Shown here: piece by piece, positions 63,471 to 64,000 of the stretch | How positions within the stretch are numbered: position 1 is the stretch's first letter | Layout of the letters: every line of letters begins with the position of its first letter | Origin: Lingula anatina | Lineage: Eukaryota > Animalia > Brachiopoda | DNA length: 64,000 nt | Direction of reading: 5' to 3' | Assembly: GCA_051362555.1 (NCBI GenBank) | Contig: CM120642.1 | Location: 28,458,001-28,522,000, forward strand | Position numbers and translations under genes: made by a program | Notes under the pieces: generated by a model | Seen by the model: only the letters and a program-made list of their open reading frames with translations | What the model was told of the DNA's origin: nothing | Database searches by the model: none

Positions 63471-64000
63471 ATTTTTTGGGAGCTGTTGTGCCCCTATTCT
63501 GGGGAGTCACCCAGCTATATGTTCGTTGCCTAGTCGGTTTTCCAGATATCCCTGTTTTTACGTGCACGGCTAAGCTGAGGCTGTTGCCTGCATGGATTTT
63601 CTCTGGCGGCGGACTAGGAGATGTTTAATTTTTTGCACTTCTTATATCAATATGGCTCATGCCATATCTACCCAGGCTATTCGTTGGGTTTATGCCGGGT
63701 TTATATGTTCTCTGTACAAGTGTATATTTTATTCATATTACTTATTCCGCTTACTTACTTAATTACCTGGCCCGGGAAATTTTTATTACTGAATTGTCTT
63801 ATATATAAATGCAACTGCCTTCGGTCTTCTTAGTTTCCTTTGTTTTTATGTTACCATGCCTTCCAAGACCCCTCCCGGGTGGAGTACCGTAAGCGGTCCA
63901 GGATGTCGGTTGTCTCCAATGCGCGCTCATTATCCAGCAAACGACGATTGGCTCCTGCATCCACTGCTCCTGGTGGAAAGAAGCCGAATCACACCGGCAC

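Noticed and set aside
63011-63628. ORFs with repeated SQVFNCLPSSESP
   Set aside because: Translations of the minisatellite; the frame shifts between units.

Overview
AT-rich, intron-containing animal DNA. Gene content suggests a marine invertebrate, probably a lophotrochozoan (inference only). Genes in order: two tandem SOUL/heme-binding paralogs (+); an intronless rhodopsin-class GPCR (+); a DUF1647-type GT-A-like gene (-); a 7-exon ankyrin-repeat gene ending in a CaaX box (+); DHX16/Prp2 (-, about 22 exons) head-to-head with SSNA1 (+); a BCL10-like CARD gene (-); tRNA-Ser(AGA) (-); a small orphan two-exon gene (-) divergent from a 230-aa ORF with a clan-CD protease-like His/Cys pattern (+); and a divergent caspase with a QMCLG active site (-). 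The intergenic and intronic space holds many non-autonomous DNA transposons. These include a nested stack at 49.7-55.0 kb whose insertion sites can be checked against an empty sister copy at 11.4 kb, 32-34 bp footprints resembling P-element excision scars, and a long-TIR element with a 6-bp TSD. Most promising leads: the possible death/immune-signalling neighbourhood (BCL10-like CARD, orphan caspase-fold ORF, QMCLG caspase), the cargo-carrying P-like element, and duplicated splice acceptors inside DHX16. All calls are by eye, with no database searches.
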